NCBI GenBank assembly: GCA_934613415.1
Contig: CAKTSY010000002.1
Location: 390,001 to 422,000 of the forward strand
Direction: 5' to 3'
From: an uncultured Opitutales bacterium
GTDB taxonomy: Bacteria; Verrucomicrobiota; Verrucomicrobiia; Opitutales; Intestinicryptomonadaceae
Length of the DNA stretch: 32,000 bases
Positions 7,921 to 17,306 of the stretch are shown here, piece by piece. The translations under genes and the position numbers were made by a program. Numbering within the stretch: position 1 is the first letter of the stretch; each line of letters begins with the position of its first letter. The notes under the pieces were generated by a model. It did no database searches. It was not told the origin of the DNA and was given only the letters and a program-made list of their open reading frames with translations.

Positions 7921-8076
7921 TTTTTAACGCGCGTCTTCTGGCTATTTCCCATTTCGCTTTTGGGGCAAAAACCGCCTTTTACCTTCCCGCATGTGCAGTG
8001 GCTTAAAAGGCGTGTCGGAAAATTACAGCGGCGAGACCGCGCCCGAATTTAACGGGACTTCCGTTTGCGTTAAAAA
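7921..8076 (-). promoter_or_regulatory. cobalamin (B12) riboswitch
   Basis: The minus-strand RNA reads UUUUUAACGC-AAACGGAAGUCCCGUUAAAUUCGGGCGCGGUCUCGCCGCUGUAA...AAGCCACUGCACAUGCGGGAAGGU...AGCCAGAAGACGCGC-GCGUUAAAAA. It has a 10-bp closing P1 helix (8067-8076 pairs with 7921-7930). It also has the conserved GGAAG...AAAUyC...GCGG...CGCCGCUGUAA core, the GCCACUG...GGGAAGG element and a B12-box-like AGCCAGAAGAC (7928-7943). Confidence 0.85.
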
Positions 8077-8352
8077 CATTCGCCCAAAGTTTTTTGCATT
8101 GGGCGCATAGTATGGTAAGAACTATTCGGGCAATCTTTTATTAGCGTTTGATTATGTCAAGCGCATATTTCTATTTTTAGGGCTGCATATTGGGGTAAAA
8201 TTCGCAAAATTGTTTGACATAGTTATTCGATTTTTATACAGAGTTTGCCCACAAATGAAATGAACTGCGTTTTACGCGCTTAAATGGAATTTTGGAGGAA
8301 ACCCGTTGCTCTTGGCTTATATAGCCGTTGGGCGTTGATGTTTTTACAGACT

Positions 8353-10833
8353 ATGAAAAAGAAGTACATATTTATCTTTATAATTGCAGTGTGCGCTGTA
8401 TTTGCATTTTTTGCAAAAAGCAATTCGGATACCGACAAGCAAGCGGTTTGTTTGGACGGCGACGACTGGAAGCTTTCGTATGCAAAGCAGCCGTTTTCGG
8501 GAGCGGCAAAAAGCCCCGAAGAGTTTAAGCTGCTAAAAGACGTTAAAACCGTAAAGGCAAAAGTTCCCGGCAACTGCGAGCTGGATTTGCAAAAAGCCGG
8601 CGTTTTGCCCGACCTGCAAAAGGGCGACAATATATATTTGTTTAGACCTTTCGAGGGCTATCAGTGGCTGTATTCAAAGAAATTTAAAGCCCCCGATTTT
8701 AACGAAAAACAAAAGCTGTTTATAAACTTTGGCGGGATAGACACTTTGGGAGACGTTTTTGTAAACGGGCATCTTGTAGGCAGCAGCGACAATATGTTTG
8801 TTTCGCAAAAATTTGATATTAGCAATGTTGTAAACAAAGGCGTCGAAAATTTGCTAGAGGTTGTACTGCGCTCGCCCGTAATAGAAAGCGCAAAGTACGA
8901 CGACATTGCAGGCTCATCGGGCGGCAACCGTGCCGAGCTTATACATATAAGAAAAGCCCCTGCGTCTTTCGGGTGGGATATTCACCCTAGGCTTGTAAAC
9001 TGCGGCTTGTTTAAGTCGGTTTCTTTGCAGGAAGAAAACGAGATTGCGATTTCGGAATTTTACCCATTTACTTTGTATGTAGAGCCTTCAAAGAATAGGG
9101 CAATGCTGGCAATCGATTTAAAAATTCAAGCTCCTTTCGAAGAGCTAGACAAGCTTACCGTGAAAATTTCGGTTGGCAAAGACGGCAAGGAAATTGCTTC
9201 GTATACTAAAAAGCCTCTTTCGTACAATGTTAAAGACGCGCGCTGGATAAGCGGCGTAGACTTGTGGTATCCGCGCGGCTACGGCGAGCAACCGCTATAC
9301 GACATAAAAGTTGGGCTATTGGATAAATCCGGCAAAACGCTTGCCGAGTGCCAAAAGAAAATGGGCTTTAGAACCCTAAGGCTTGAATTTTCGGAAATAG
9401 AGCTAAGCGACGAGGCCTCTAAAAAAGTTACCACAAGCCGAAACGGCGAGGCCTTTGGCGATGTAGACGAAAATTCTCTTAAGGGCGAATTTAAGTTTTA
9501 TGTAAACGATGTTCCAATATTTATAAGGGGCACAAACTGGGTGCCGTTAGACGCCTCGCATAGCAGAGATTTGCAGCACGTTCAAAGCGCAATGGATATG
9601 CTTGTTGACTTAAACTGCAATATGGTTAGGTGTTGGGGCGGCAATGTGTACGAAAGCGAAAAGTTTTTCGACCTATGCGACAAATACGGCATTTTGGTTT
9701 GGCAGGACTTTGCAATGGGCTGCTCTGTTTACCCGCAAACCGAAGAGTTTTACAAAAAGATAAGAAAAGAGGTTGCCTTTCAGGTAAAGAGGCTAAGGCA
9801 CAGGACTTCGCTTGCATTATATGCGGGCAATAACGAAAACGACCAAGCCTATAACTGGCGCATAAGGGAAAAGATGTTTGCTCCGCAGCACGACACTTTA
9901 AGCCGCGATGTAATACCCGCGGTTATAAGGGAATACGACTGGATTATCCCATATTTGCCGAGCTCGCCGTATATGTCGGAAAAAACCGTTGTGCAAAATA
10001 AGAAATTTGCCCCGCCCGAAGCGCACTTGTGGGGGCCTAGGGGCTATTATAAAATTCCCTTCTACACAAACGCAATTTGCAGGTTTGTAAGCGAAATTGG
10101 CTATCACGGCTGCCCAAATAAAAGCAGCCTGCAAAAGATGATGGACAAAGATTATGTGTATCCGTTTGTAAAGGGCAAAGACTTTGAATTTAACAAGCAG
10201 TGGCAGTGCAAGGCGGTTATGCCCTATAGAGACGGCGACACCGAAGCTCGCCGCAATATGCTTATGGTAAACCAAATAAAGCACTTATTCGGCGAATGCC
10301 CAAAAGATTTAGACGAATTTATTTTTGCCTCGCAAAGCGTGCAAGCCGAGGCAAAAAAATATTTTATAGAGCACTGGCGCAGCCAAAAATTTGCCGCAAA
10401 AACGGGCATAATTTGGTGGAATTTGCGAGATGCCTGGCCCATTTTGTCGGACGCTATTGTAGACTACTACAATTCTAAAAAGCTTGCCTACTACTATATA
10501 AAGCGCGCGCAAAAAACGGTGTGCTGTATGGTAAACGACAAATTAGAGCTTGTTGCGGTAAACGATTCTTTAAAACCCGCAAAAGGAAGCGTAAAGGTTG
10601 TAGATATAGATTCTAACAAAGAATTGTTTAGCGGCGAATTTGCCGTAAATGCAAATTCTAAAGGCGTTATTGCAAAACTAAAGCAACCTACAGCGCAGGG
10701 AATGTTGCTTATAACGTACAAAGAGCAAAACGAAAAAGACGAAAATCTAAACCACTATATGTACGGCAAGCCGCCCTTTAAACTTGCCGGCTATAAAAAG
10801 TGGAACAAGGCTTTAAAGATAGTAAGAGACTAA
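8353..10833 (+). CDS. glycoside hydrolase family 2, beta-mannosidase-like (826 aa), secreted or membrane-anchored
   Basis: The start is taken at MKKKYIFIFIIAVCAVFAFFAKS (signal/anchor) rather than the track's 8284. GH2 beta-mannosidase-type motifs are present: CNMVRCWGGNVYESEKFFDLCDKYGILVWQDFAMGC, the acid/base region YAGNNEN and the nucleophile region FVSEIGYHGCP. Confidence 0.85.
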   Translation: MKKKYIFIFIIAVCAVFAFFAKSNSDTDKQAVCLDGDDWKLSYAKQPFSGAAKSPEEFKLLKDVKTVKAKVPGNCELDLQKAGVLPDLQKGDNIYLFRPFEGYQWLYSKKFKAPDFNEKQKLFINFGGIDTLGDVFVNGHLVGSSDNMFVSQKFDISNVVNKGVENLLEVVLRSPVIESAKYDDIAGSSGGNRAELIHIRKAPASFGWDIHPRLVNCGLFKSVSLQEENEIAISEFYPFTLYVEPSKNRAMLAIDLKIQAPFEELDKLTVKISVGKDGKEIASYTKKPLSYNVKDARWISGVDLWYPRGYGEQPLYDIKVGLLDKSGKTLAECQKKMGFRTLRLEFSEIELSDEASKKVTTSRNGEAFGDVDENSLKGEFKFYVNDVPIFIRGTNWVPLDASHSRDLQHVQSAMDMLVDLNCNMVRCWGGNVYESEKFFDLCDKYGILVWQDFAMGCSVYPQTEEFYKKIRKEVAFQVKRLRHRTSLALYAGNNENDQAYNWRIREKMFAPQHDTLSRDVIPAVIREYDWIIPYLPSSPYMSEKTVVQNKKFAPPEAHLWGPRGYYKIPFYTNAICRFVSEIGYHGCPNKSSLQKMMDKDYVYPFVKGKDFEFNKQWQCKAVMPYRDGDTEARRNMLMVNQIKHLFGECPKDLDEFIFASQSVQAEAKKYFIEHWRSQKFAAKTGIIWWNLRDAWPILSDAIVDYYNSKKLAYYYIKRAQKTVCCMVNDKLELVAVNDSLKPAKGSVKVVDIDSNKELFSGEFAVNANSKGVIAKLKQPTAQGMLLITYKEQNEKDENLNHYMYGKPPFKLAGYKKWNKALKIVRD

Positions 10834-10924
10834 ATTTTGCCGGACGCTTCGTCGAATTAAGGCGGGGCGTTTTTTTATAAAATTTATGCTTTAACAAACA
10901 AACTCAGCATGGCATAGTTCTTAT

Positions 10925-11503
10925 ATGGAATTAAGTTTGCCTTTGGTTTTCGAAATTTTGGGGTTGGCTGCGTTTGCAACGTCGGGAGCGTTGGCTGCTT
11001 TTAAGAAAGATTTGGACATTGTCGGCTTTATTTTTGTTGCCACTTTTACGGGCATTGGCGGCGGAACGATAAGAGACGTAATTTTAAATCGTAACGTGTT
11101 TTGGCTGCACGACGCCTATTTATATTCGCTTAACATTTGCATAGCTTGCGCGGTTTTAACCTACATTGTTTCAAGGTTCATTCAAAAGCGCGAAAATATA
11201 GTAAACTGGTTCGACGCCGCCGGTTTGGCGTTATTTTCGGTGCAAGGCTACATGATTTCGCAAAGCGTTGTAAATTCGGGCGAAGTTGCCGTTGTTATGG
11301 GCTTGTTTACGGGTTGCGGCGGAGGCCTTTTGCGCGACATTGCATTAAACAGGCGGCCGTTCATATTCAGAGGAGAATTGTATGCGACAAATTCCATTAT
11401 AGGGCTTTTGTTTTTGCATTTTACGAATATGCCGGTGCTTGCGTTCCTGATAATTTTTGCGTTGAGGGCGGCAACCATAAAATATAAATGGAGTTTAAAA
11501 TAG
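10925..11503 (+). CDS. TRIC / UPF0126 (YadS-type) trimeric cation channel family membrane protein (192 aa)
   Basis: Two internal repeats each carry the glycine-rich signature: GIGGGTIRDV and GCGGGLLRDI. About 7 TM helices. Confidence 0.8.
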   Translation: MELSLPLVFEILGLAAFATSGALAAFKKDLDIVGFIFVATFTGIGGGTIRDVILNRNVFWLHDAYLYSLNICIACAVLTYIVSRFIQKRENIVNWFDAAGLALFSVQGYMISQSVVNSGEVAVVMGLFTGCGGGLLRDIALNRRPFIFRGELYATNSIIGLLFLHFTNMPVLAFLIIFALRAATIKYKWSLK

Positions 11504-11608
11504 GCTTGTTTTGCCCTAAAAGCCGAAAAATAGCCTGAGCAAATTTCTTTATATATTGCAAATTGCGCAAATTGTGTGTTCTATTGCAAAACATAAAAAT
11601 TTTTTACT

Positions 11609-12835
11609 ATGGGAATTTTCGAAGAATTAAAGGCAAGGGGGCTAATTGCCCAACTTACAAACGAAAGCGAAATTAAAGAGCTTATAAACAAGGGCGGGGC
11701 GAAGTTTTACATAGGTTTCGACCCTACGGCAGACTCGCTTCACGTTGGGCACTTTATGGCTTTGTGCCTAATGAAACGCTTGCAAATGGCGGGCAACAAA
11801 CCCGTGGTTTTAATAGGCGGCGGCACGGGCTATATAGGAGACCCTTCGGGCAGAACCGATATGCGTTCGATGATGACTCCCGAAACCATACAGCATAATT
11901 GCGACTGCTTTAAAAAGCAGATGGAACGCTTTATAAAATTTGGCGACGACGCCGCCATTATGGTAAACAACGCCGACTGGCTTTTAAAACTAAACTACAT
12001 AGACCTGCTAAGAGATGTTGGCGCGTGTTTTTCGGTAAACAATATGTTGCGCGCCGAATGCTACAAGCAAAGGTTGGAAAAGGGGCTTAGCTTTTTGGAA
12101 TTTAATTATATGATAATGCAGTCGTACGACTTCTTGTATTTGCATAACAACTACGGGTGCAATATGCAGTTTGGCGGCGACGACCAGTGGAGCAATATGC
12201 TTGGCGGCACCGACCTTATACGCCGCAAAACGGGCGACGATGCGTATGCTATGACCATTACTTTGCTTTTGAACAGCGAGGGCAAAAAGATGGGCAAAAC
12301 CGCAAAGGGCGCAGTATGGCTAGATCCCGAAAAAACAACACCCTTCGAATTTTTCCAATACTGGCGCAATGTAGACGACGCCGACGTAAACAAATGCCTT
12401 AAAATGCTTACGTTTATATCGTTGGAAGAAATCGCCCAAATGGAGGCTTGGGACGATTCCCGCATAAACGAAAAGAAGGAAATTTTGGCCTATAGCCTTA
12501 CCGAGCTTGTGCACGGCAAGGAAAATGCCGACAAGGCAAAAGCCCTTTCGCATGCGCTGTTTTCTGGCGAGGGCGACGACGCAAATATGCCCTCTACCGA
12601 AATAGACGCTGCGGAGATTCCCGAAAGAGGCATAAGCATTACCGAACTTATGGTAAAGTGCAAGCTTGCCCCCAGCAAGGGCGAAGCACGCAGGCTTGTG
12701 CAGCAGGGCGGGGTAAGCGTGAACGGGCAAAAGATTTCGCTGCCCGAACCCTTCTATTTTGAAAAAGACTTGCGGGAAACACTTAAGATTAAAAAGGGCA
12801 AAAAGATATTCCACAAAGCAGTTCTTAAAAAATAG
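11609..12835 (+). CDS. tyrS: tyrosine--tRNA ligase
   Basis: GFDPTADSLHVGH (HIGH motif), KKMGKT (KMSKS variant), GGDDQWSNM, and a C-terminal S4-like domain (SKGEARRLVQQGGVSVNGQKI). Confidence 0.95.
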   Translation: MGIFEELKARGLIAQLTNESEIKELINKGGAKFYIGFDPTADSLHVGHFMALCLMKRLQMAGNKPVVLIGGGTGYIGDPSGRTDMRSMMTPETIQHNCDCFKKQMERFIKFGDDAAIMVNNADWLLKLNYIDLLRDVGACFSVNNMLRAECYKQRLEKGLSFLEFNYMIMQSYDFLYLHNNYGCNMQFGGDDQWSNMLGGTDLIRRKTGDDAYAMTITLLLNSEGKKMGKTAKGAVWLDPEKTTPFEFFQYWRNVDDADVNKCLKMLTFISLEEIAQMEAWDDSRINEKKEILAYSLTELVHGKENADKAKALSHALFSGEGDDANMPSTEIDAAEIPERGISITELMVKCKLAPSKGEARRLVQQGGVSVNGQKISLPEPFYFEKDLRETLKIKKGKKIFHKAVLKK

Positions 12836-12856
12836 GCGGAATTCAAAAATTTTCTG

Positions 12857-12890
12857 GCGCGTTAAGATATGTTTTTTAACGCGCTTTTTT
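12857..12890 (+). terminator. rho-independent terminator after tyrS
   Basis: Stem GCGCGTTAA (12857-12865) / TTAACGCGC (12876-12884), followed by T6. Confidence 0.6.
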
Positions 12891-12957
12891 GTGCTGCAGT
12901 TTCGGCTTAAGTTTGTCCAAGAAAGTCCGATTTTCATATATCAACAAAAGGAGATAT

Positions 12958-13500
12958 ATGGATTTAAAAGGCTCTAAAACCGAAAAAAATTTAATTGAGG
13001 CTTTTGCGGGCGAAGCAAAGGCGCGTACAAAATATACATATTATGCCTCCAAAGCAAAGGCCGAGGGCTTTGTTCAAATTGCGGCATTTTTTGAAGACAC
13101 TGCCGCAAACGAGAAGGAACACGGCGAAATTTGGTTTAAGTTGCTTAAAGGCGGCGAAATTCCCGATACAGCCGAAAATTTAAAAGACTGCATTGCGAGC
13201 GAAAATTACGAATGGACCGATATGTATGCTGGCTTTGCCGAACAGGCCCGCGCCGAGGGGTTCGACAACATTGCAACCTTGTTCGAAGGCGTAGCCAAGA
13301 TTGAAAAAGCGCACGAATTGCGCTATAGAAAATTGCTTGAAAATATAGAAAATAACAGGGTTTTTGAGCGCGAAGAAGAAGTTGAGTGGAAATGCTCCAA
13401 CTGTGGGCATTTGCAGAAGGGCAAGCGCGCCCCCGAAAAGTGCCCCGTTTGCTCTCACGCAAAGGCTTATTTTGAAATAGCCCCCTGCCAAAACTACTAA
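12958..13500 (+). CDS. rbr: rubrerythrin (180 aa)
   Basis: ATG at 12958 is preceded by AAAGGAG. The N-terminal ferritin-like diiron domain reads [30 protein letters not shown]...EKEH...EKAHE. The C-terminal rubredoxin-like pair is CSNCGH...CPVCSH. Confidence 0.9.
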   Translation: MDLKGSKTEKNLIEAFAGEAKARTKYTYYASKAKAEGFVQIAAFFEDTAANEKEHGEIWFKLLKGGEIPDTAENLKDCIASENYEWTDMYAGFAEQARAEGFDNIATLFEGVAKIEKAHELRYRKLLENIENNRVFEREEEVEWKCSNCGHLQKGKRAPEKCPVCSHAKAYFEIAPCQNY

Positions 13501-13531
13501 AGTCCGCTTTTCCCCAATTTTAACAGGATAC

Positions 13532-13560
13532 AAAAAAAGCCCCCAATATGGGGCTTTTTT
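13532..13560. terminator. bidirectional terminator between convergent rubrerythrin and DASS transporter genes
   Basis: A7-GCCCC-(CAATAT)-GGGGC-T6: a short GC stem flanked by an A-run and a T-run, so it gives a U-tail on either strand. Confidence 0.55.
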
Positions 13561-13582
13561 GTTGTTCGGTTTTCTCTACATT

Positions 13583-15025
13583 TTACGAATTAAAATATTT
13601 TAGCGTTCCCAAGCCTATCAGCAATGCGAAGCTTGCAAGCAAGCCCACAACGGCGGCAAATATGCCGACAATGGCCATATCTTTTTGCTTAATCATATCC
13701 GTAGAATATGCAATGGCGTTGGGCGGTGTGCTTATGGGCAAAATCATTGCCAACGATGCCGACAAGGCCACGCTTATAAGCAAGGTGGGTATTCCGCCGT
13801 AGGGCGTTAGCGCGTCTTTCATGCCAACACCAACCGCAGCCAACACGGGAACAAGCAAGTTCATTGCAGCCGTATGCGACATAAACGTAGACATTGCATA
13901 GCACAAAAGCGAAGCGCCTATAATTGTCATAACGGGGCTCCATGTGCTAAGGGGAATAGATGCAACCAAGTGCTTTGCCAAGCCCGTTTGGTTTAGCCCA
14001 ACACCAAGCGCAAAACCGCCCGCTACCAACCAAAGAACGTCCCAACTAATGCATTTTAGGTCGCTTTTTGTAAGCACGCCGGTAACTGCAAACGCCGCAA
14101 TGGGTATTATTGCAATAATGTTTGAATTTAGCCCCGTTGCCTTGTCGAACATCCAAAGCAACACGGTAATTGCAAACACCGCATATACAATATACGCCTT
14201 TGTGCTCTTTTCGAACTTGCAGTCGAAATTAAGTTCAAGTTCCTTTCTTTTAAAGGGGAACATTTTTAAAAGGAAAAGCCACATAATTGTTATTAAAACA
14301 AGAACAAAGGGAGCCATTACAAGCATCCATTGCCCGAAGCCTATGCCCAAGTTTAACTGTTCGTTTAAGTAGCCTAGCGCTATTGTGTTTGGCGGCGTGC
14401 CTATGGGGGTTCCTATGCCGCCAATGTTTGCCGCAACGGGAATTGCCAAAATAAGAGCGGTTCTGCCCTTGCCGCTGTCGGCCGCGGGTTTTAAAAGCGG
14501 TGCCATAACGGCAAACATCATTGCGGTTGTTGCCGTGTTGCTCATAAACATCGAAAATACCGAAGTTACAAACATCAATCCCAAAAGAACTACGCCCGAT
14601 TTTTTGCCGAAGGGTTTAAACAAAACTCTTGCCAAGTTTTTGTCTAGTCCAACTTTTTCGGCACCTATAGCCAAAACAAAGCCGCCCATAAACAGAATAA
14701 TTATGGGGTCTGCAAAAGTAGCCATAAGGGTTCTATATTTAACCGCGTGCCCGAAAACTTCGGCCGAAACGCCTTCGGCTGGCTTAAAGCAAAATAGCGA
14801 ATAGTCGGAAACCGTAAACAGCATAAGTGCTATTGTTAAAACCGACGTTGTCCACGAGGGTATTGCTTCGGTAATCCACATTAAGGCGGCAAATAGGAAA
14901 ATTGCTATTACGCGCTGTTCTATTACTGTTAAATTTTGTATGTGGAATACTTCGGAGGGCAAAAACCACGCAGTTAGTGCAACCGCCATACAAATTATAA
15001 GGTATACAAGTTTTTTAGGGTTCAT
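13583..15025 (-). CDS. DASS/SLC13-family anion (di-/tricarboxylate or sulfate):sodium symporter (480 aa)
   Basis: About 12-14 TM segments and the duplicated hairpin-tip motifs SNTATTAMM and SHTAAMNLL typical of DASS transporters. Confidence 0.85.
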   Translation of the reverse strand: MNPKKLVYLIICMAVALTAWFLPSEVFHIQNLTVIEQRVIAIFLFAALMWITEAIPSWTTSVLTIALMLFTVSDYSLFCFKPAEGVSAEVFGHAVKYRTLMATFADPIIILFMGGFVLAIGAEKVGLDKNLARVLFKPFGKKSGVVLLGLMFVTSVFSMFMSNTATTAMMFAVMAPLLKPAADSGKGRTALILAIPVAANIGGIGTPIGTPPNTIALGYLNEQLNLGIGFGQWMLVMAPFVLVLITIMWLFLLKMFPFKRKELELNFDCKFEKSTKAYIVYAVFAITVLLWMFDKATGLNSNIIAIIPIAAFAVTGVLTKSDLKCISWDVLWLVAGGFALGVGLNQTGLAKHLVASIPLSTWSPVMTIIGASLLCYAMSTFMSHTAAMNLLVPVLAAVGVGMKDALTPYGGIPTLLISVALSASLAMILPISTPPNAIAYSTDMIKQKDMAIVGIFAAVVGLLASFALLIGLGTLKYFNS

Positions 15026-15202
15026 TGTGTTGGTGTGTTGTTCTACTGGCGCATAACTTTGTTTGCGAAAAAGAAAGCACGCAATAAAGCTTTTAAAGTT
15101 TGCCGAATAATGTACCTATTGCAAGATATTTTTGGGAATGTAAGTATAGCTAAGTGCGGTAAAGTGTGGGGGTTCGCATAGCTTTGTTTTTGAAATATAC
15201 AC

Positions 15203-15232
15203 AAAAAAGGACGCGGTGTTTTGCCGCGTCCC
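15203..15232 (-). terminator. rho-independent terminator after the P-type ATPase
   Basis: On the minus strand: GGGACGCGG-caaaaca-CCGCGTCC followed by UUUUUU (complement of A6 at 15203-15208). It lies 25 nt downstream of the stop at 15257. Confidence 0.65.
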
Positions 15233-15256
15233 AGAAATTTTCAATAGCTGCGTTTT

Positions 15257-17305
15257 TTAAAGTTTGCGCTTTAAAAGCGAGGCCGAATTCAGCACAACCG
15301 TTACCGACGACAAATTGTGTATCAGCGCGCCCCATACGGGGGTAACAATTCCAAAAAACGCCAGCACAACTGCGCTTATGTTTACGCAAACCGAAAATAC
15401 CATATTCGCCTTTGCGGTAAATATTGTGGTTTTCGAGAATTTTATAAGGTTGGCTATTTTTGTAAGGTCGCCTCCCAACAGCGAGGCTTGCGCCGTAGAC
15501 AATGCAATGTCGTTCTTTAAATCTGCAACGGCTATTGAAGCATTTGCAAGGGCAAGGGCGGGAGCGTCGTTTACGCCGTCGCCAACCATGCATACGTTTT
15601 TGCCCGAAGCTTGGGTTTTAGAAACAATGTCTAGCTTGTCTTGCGGCAGCAGTTCGGCAAAAACCTTTTTTATGCCTGCAATTTTTGCAATGTTGTAGGC
15701 TGCCGCCTTGTTGTCGCCGCTAAGCATTGCGCAGTCTATGCCAAGTGTTTTTAATTGCTCTATTGCAGCTTTTGCAGTAGGCCTTATTGTATCAGAAAAT
15801 TCCAGATAGCCGACAGTGTTGCCGTCTACCTTAACTTCCGAATAGGTAGCCGCCTTTTCTGCAAGTGTTTCGTTTTTTTTGTCGGGTTTACCTACAAACA
15901 CGTTTTTGTTTTCTACAGTTGCCTGCGTGCCAAAGCCCGCAATGTTTTTAGAATGGGTTGCCTTTTTTAATTCTATATTTTTAGATTTTGCGTAGGCTAC
16001 AACCGCTTTTGCTATTGGGTGGTCGCTAAATTCTTCTGCCGAGGCCGCAAGCGACGCTATTTCGCTTTCGCTTAGGTTTGAGCTGGGCACAATTTTAGAA
16101 AGTGATATTTCACCCATGGTTAAAGTGCCGGTCTTGTCGAAAAATACGGTGTTTGTTTTTGCTAGGCGTTCCAAGGCTTCGCCGCTTTTTATCAATATAG
16201 AGTGCTTGGCTCCGTTGCCTATTGCCGCCGCTATGGCTGTGGGCGTTGCAAGCACAAAGGCGCACGGGCAAAATACAACCAAAATTGTTATACCTCTAAT
16301 CAACGCTTGCTGCCAACTAATCGAGAAACAGAACATTGAAAGCAGGAAAACCAAAACAGACAATATTATGGCGCTTGGCACTATGAAAGTTGCCCATTTG
16401 TTTGCCAACCTCGAAATTGGGGCTTTTTTGCCTTCGGCTTCTTCTACCAGCTTTACAAGCTTAGCCAGCGACGAGTTTGCCGCGCTTTTTTGCACCAAAA
16501 CTTCGGCATATTCCGAAACGTTGAATGTGCCCGACATAATAGAGTCGCCCGCCTTTTTAGATACGGGCAGGCTTTCGCCCGTCATATTGGCTTCGTTTAC
16601 GCTTGCGCTTTCGCTAAGCAAAACGCCGTCGGAGGCAAACATTTCGTTGCTGCGTACGCACAGAATGTCGCCCTTTGCAATTTCCGAGGCGGGTATTTCC
16701 ATTTCGCGGCCGTCGCGCTTTATTTTTGCAATTTTGGGCATCATTGCCGAAAGCGCGTTTATGCCCGACCTTGCCTTTTGCACGGTGCGCTCCTCCAAAA
16801 ATTCGCCCAAAGCCATCAAAAAGGCTATTTCGCCCGCAACAAATATGTAGCTGTGGCCGTGTTCGCCTTCGCCCGAATAGCCGAAAGCGCATAAAATCTG
16901 CAGCGCAAGCGAGGCGAATATTGCAACCGTTACCAGCACAGGGCTTGATATTTGCCTATTTTTTAACATATTAAAAGCTTCGCTAACTATGGGCAAAGCG
17001 CAAAAATATATTGCAACCCAAGAAGGGTCTGCAAAGCCCATAAGCGGGAATTCATAGCCGTAGGCAACGCAAATAAAACTTGCAGCCAACGCCAAAAACG
17101 AAATCCACAATTGCGACTTTTCGCTTAAAAGTCCTTCGCTTTTATGTGTAGAGCAGCACGAATGCGATTCGTCTTTGTGCTTGTGGTTGCCGCAACAGCA
17201 GCACGAATGTTCGTGTTCGGCTTCGCTGTGGCAGTGTTCATGTTCCTTTGCCGCCGCGTTGTGCTTGTGGCAGCAGCAGTGTTCGCTATGATTTTCGTCT
17301 TTCAT
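15257..17305 (-). CDS. heavy-metal-translocating P1B-type ATPase with a His/Cys-rich N-terminal tail (682 aa)
   Basis: Motifs DKTGTLT, CPC in TM6 (VVFCPCAFVLATP), GDGVNDAPAL and TGES. The N-terminus is HSEHCCCHKHNAAAKEHEHCHSEAEHEHSCCCCGNHKHKDESHSCC rather than a ferredoxin-fold GMTCxxC domain. Confidence 0.9.
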   Translation of the reverse strand: MKDENHSEHCCCHKHNAAAKEHEHCHSEAEHEHSCCCCGNHKHKDESHSCCSTHKSEGLLSEKSQLWISFLALAASFICVAYGYEFPLMGFADPSWVAIYFCALPIVSEAFNMLKNRQISSPVLVTVAIFASLALQILCAFGYSGEGEHGHSYIFVAGEIAFLMALGEFLEERTVQKARSGINALSAMMPKIAKIKRDGREMEIPASEIAKGDILCVRSNEMFASDGVLLSESASVNEANMTGESLPVSKKAGDSIMSGTFNVSEYAEVLVQKSAANSSLAKLVKLVEEAEGKKAPISRLANKWATFIVPSAIILSVLVFLLSMFCFSISWQQALIRGITILVVFCPCAFVLATPTAIAAAIGNGAKHSILIKSGEALERLAKTNTVFFDKTGTLTMGEISLSKIVPSSNLSESEIASLAASAEEFSDHPIAKAVVAYAKSKNIELKKATHSKNIAGFGTQATVENKNVFVGKPDKKNETLAEKAATYSEVKVDGNTVGYLEFSDTIRPTAKAAIEQLKTLGIDCAMLSGDNKAAAYNIAKIAGIKKVFAELLPQDKLDIVSKTQASGKNVCMVGDGVNDAPALALANASIAVADLKNDIALSTAQASLLGGDLTKIANLIKFSKTTIFTAKANMVFSVCVNISAVVLAFFGIVTPVWGALIHNLSSVTVVLNSASLLKRKL

Positions 17306-17306
17306 A

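Noticed and set aside
8284-8352. An upstream start (MEFWRKPVALG...) for the GH2 gene, and the 116-aa antisense ORF 8280-8630.
   Set aside because: The ATG at 8353 gives a classic signal/anchor (MKKKYIFIFIIAVCAVFAFFA), whereas the 23-codon extension is not signal-like. The antisense ORF has no support.
11504-11608. Looked for a T-box or other leader upstream of tyrS.
   Set aside because: The intergenic region is only 105 nt. It has no specifier-loop or T-box consensus (AGGGTGGNACCGCG-like) and no terminator/antiterminator pair.
12320-12937. A 205-aa minus-strand ORF overlapping the 3' half of tyrS and its terminator.
   Set aside because: It is again the in-register antisense frame of a strongly supported gene (tyrS). 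The product has no recognisable features and runs through the tyrS terminator.
16116-16850. 244-aa and 134-aa plus-strand ORFs (also 15264-15698 and 17144-17530) inside the P-type ATPase and CsoR genes.
   Set aside because: They are antisense or alternative frames of genes with unambiguous motifs (DKTGTLT, CPC, GDGVNDAP). The products are low-complexity, with no start context.
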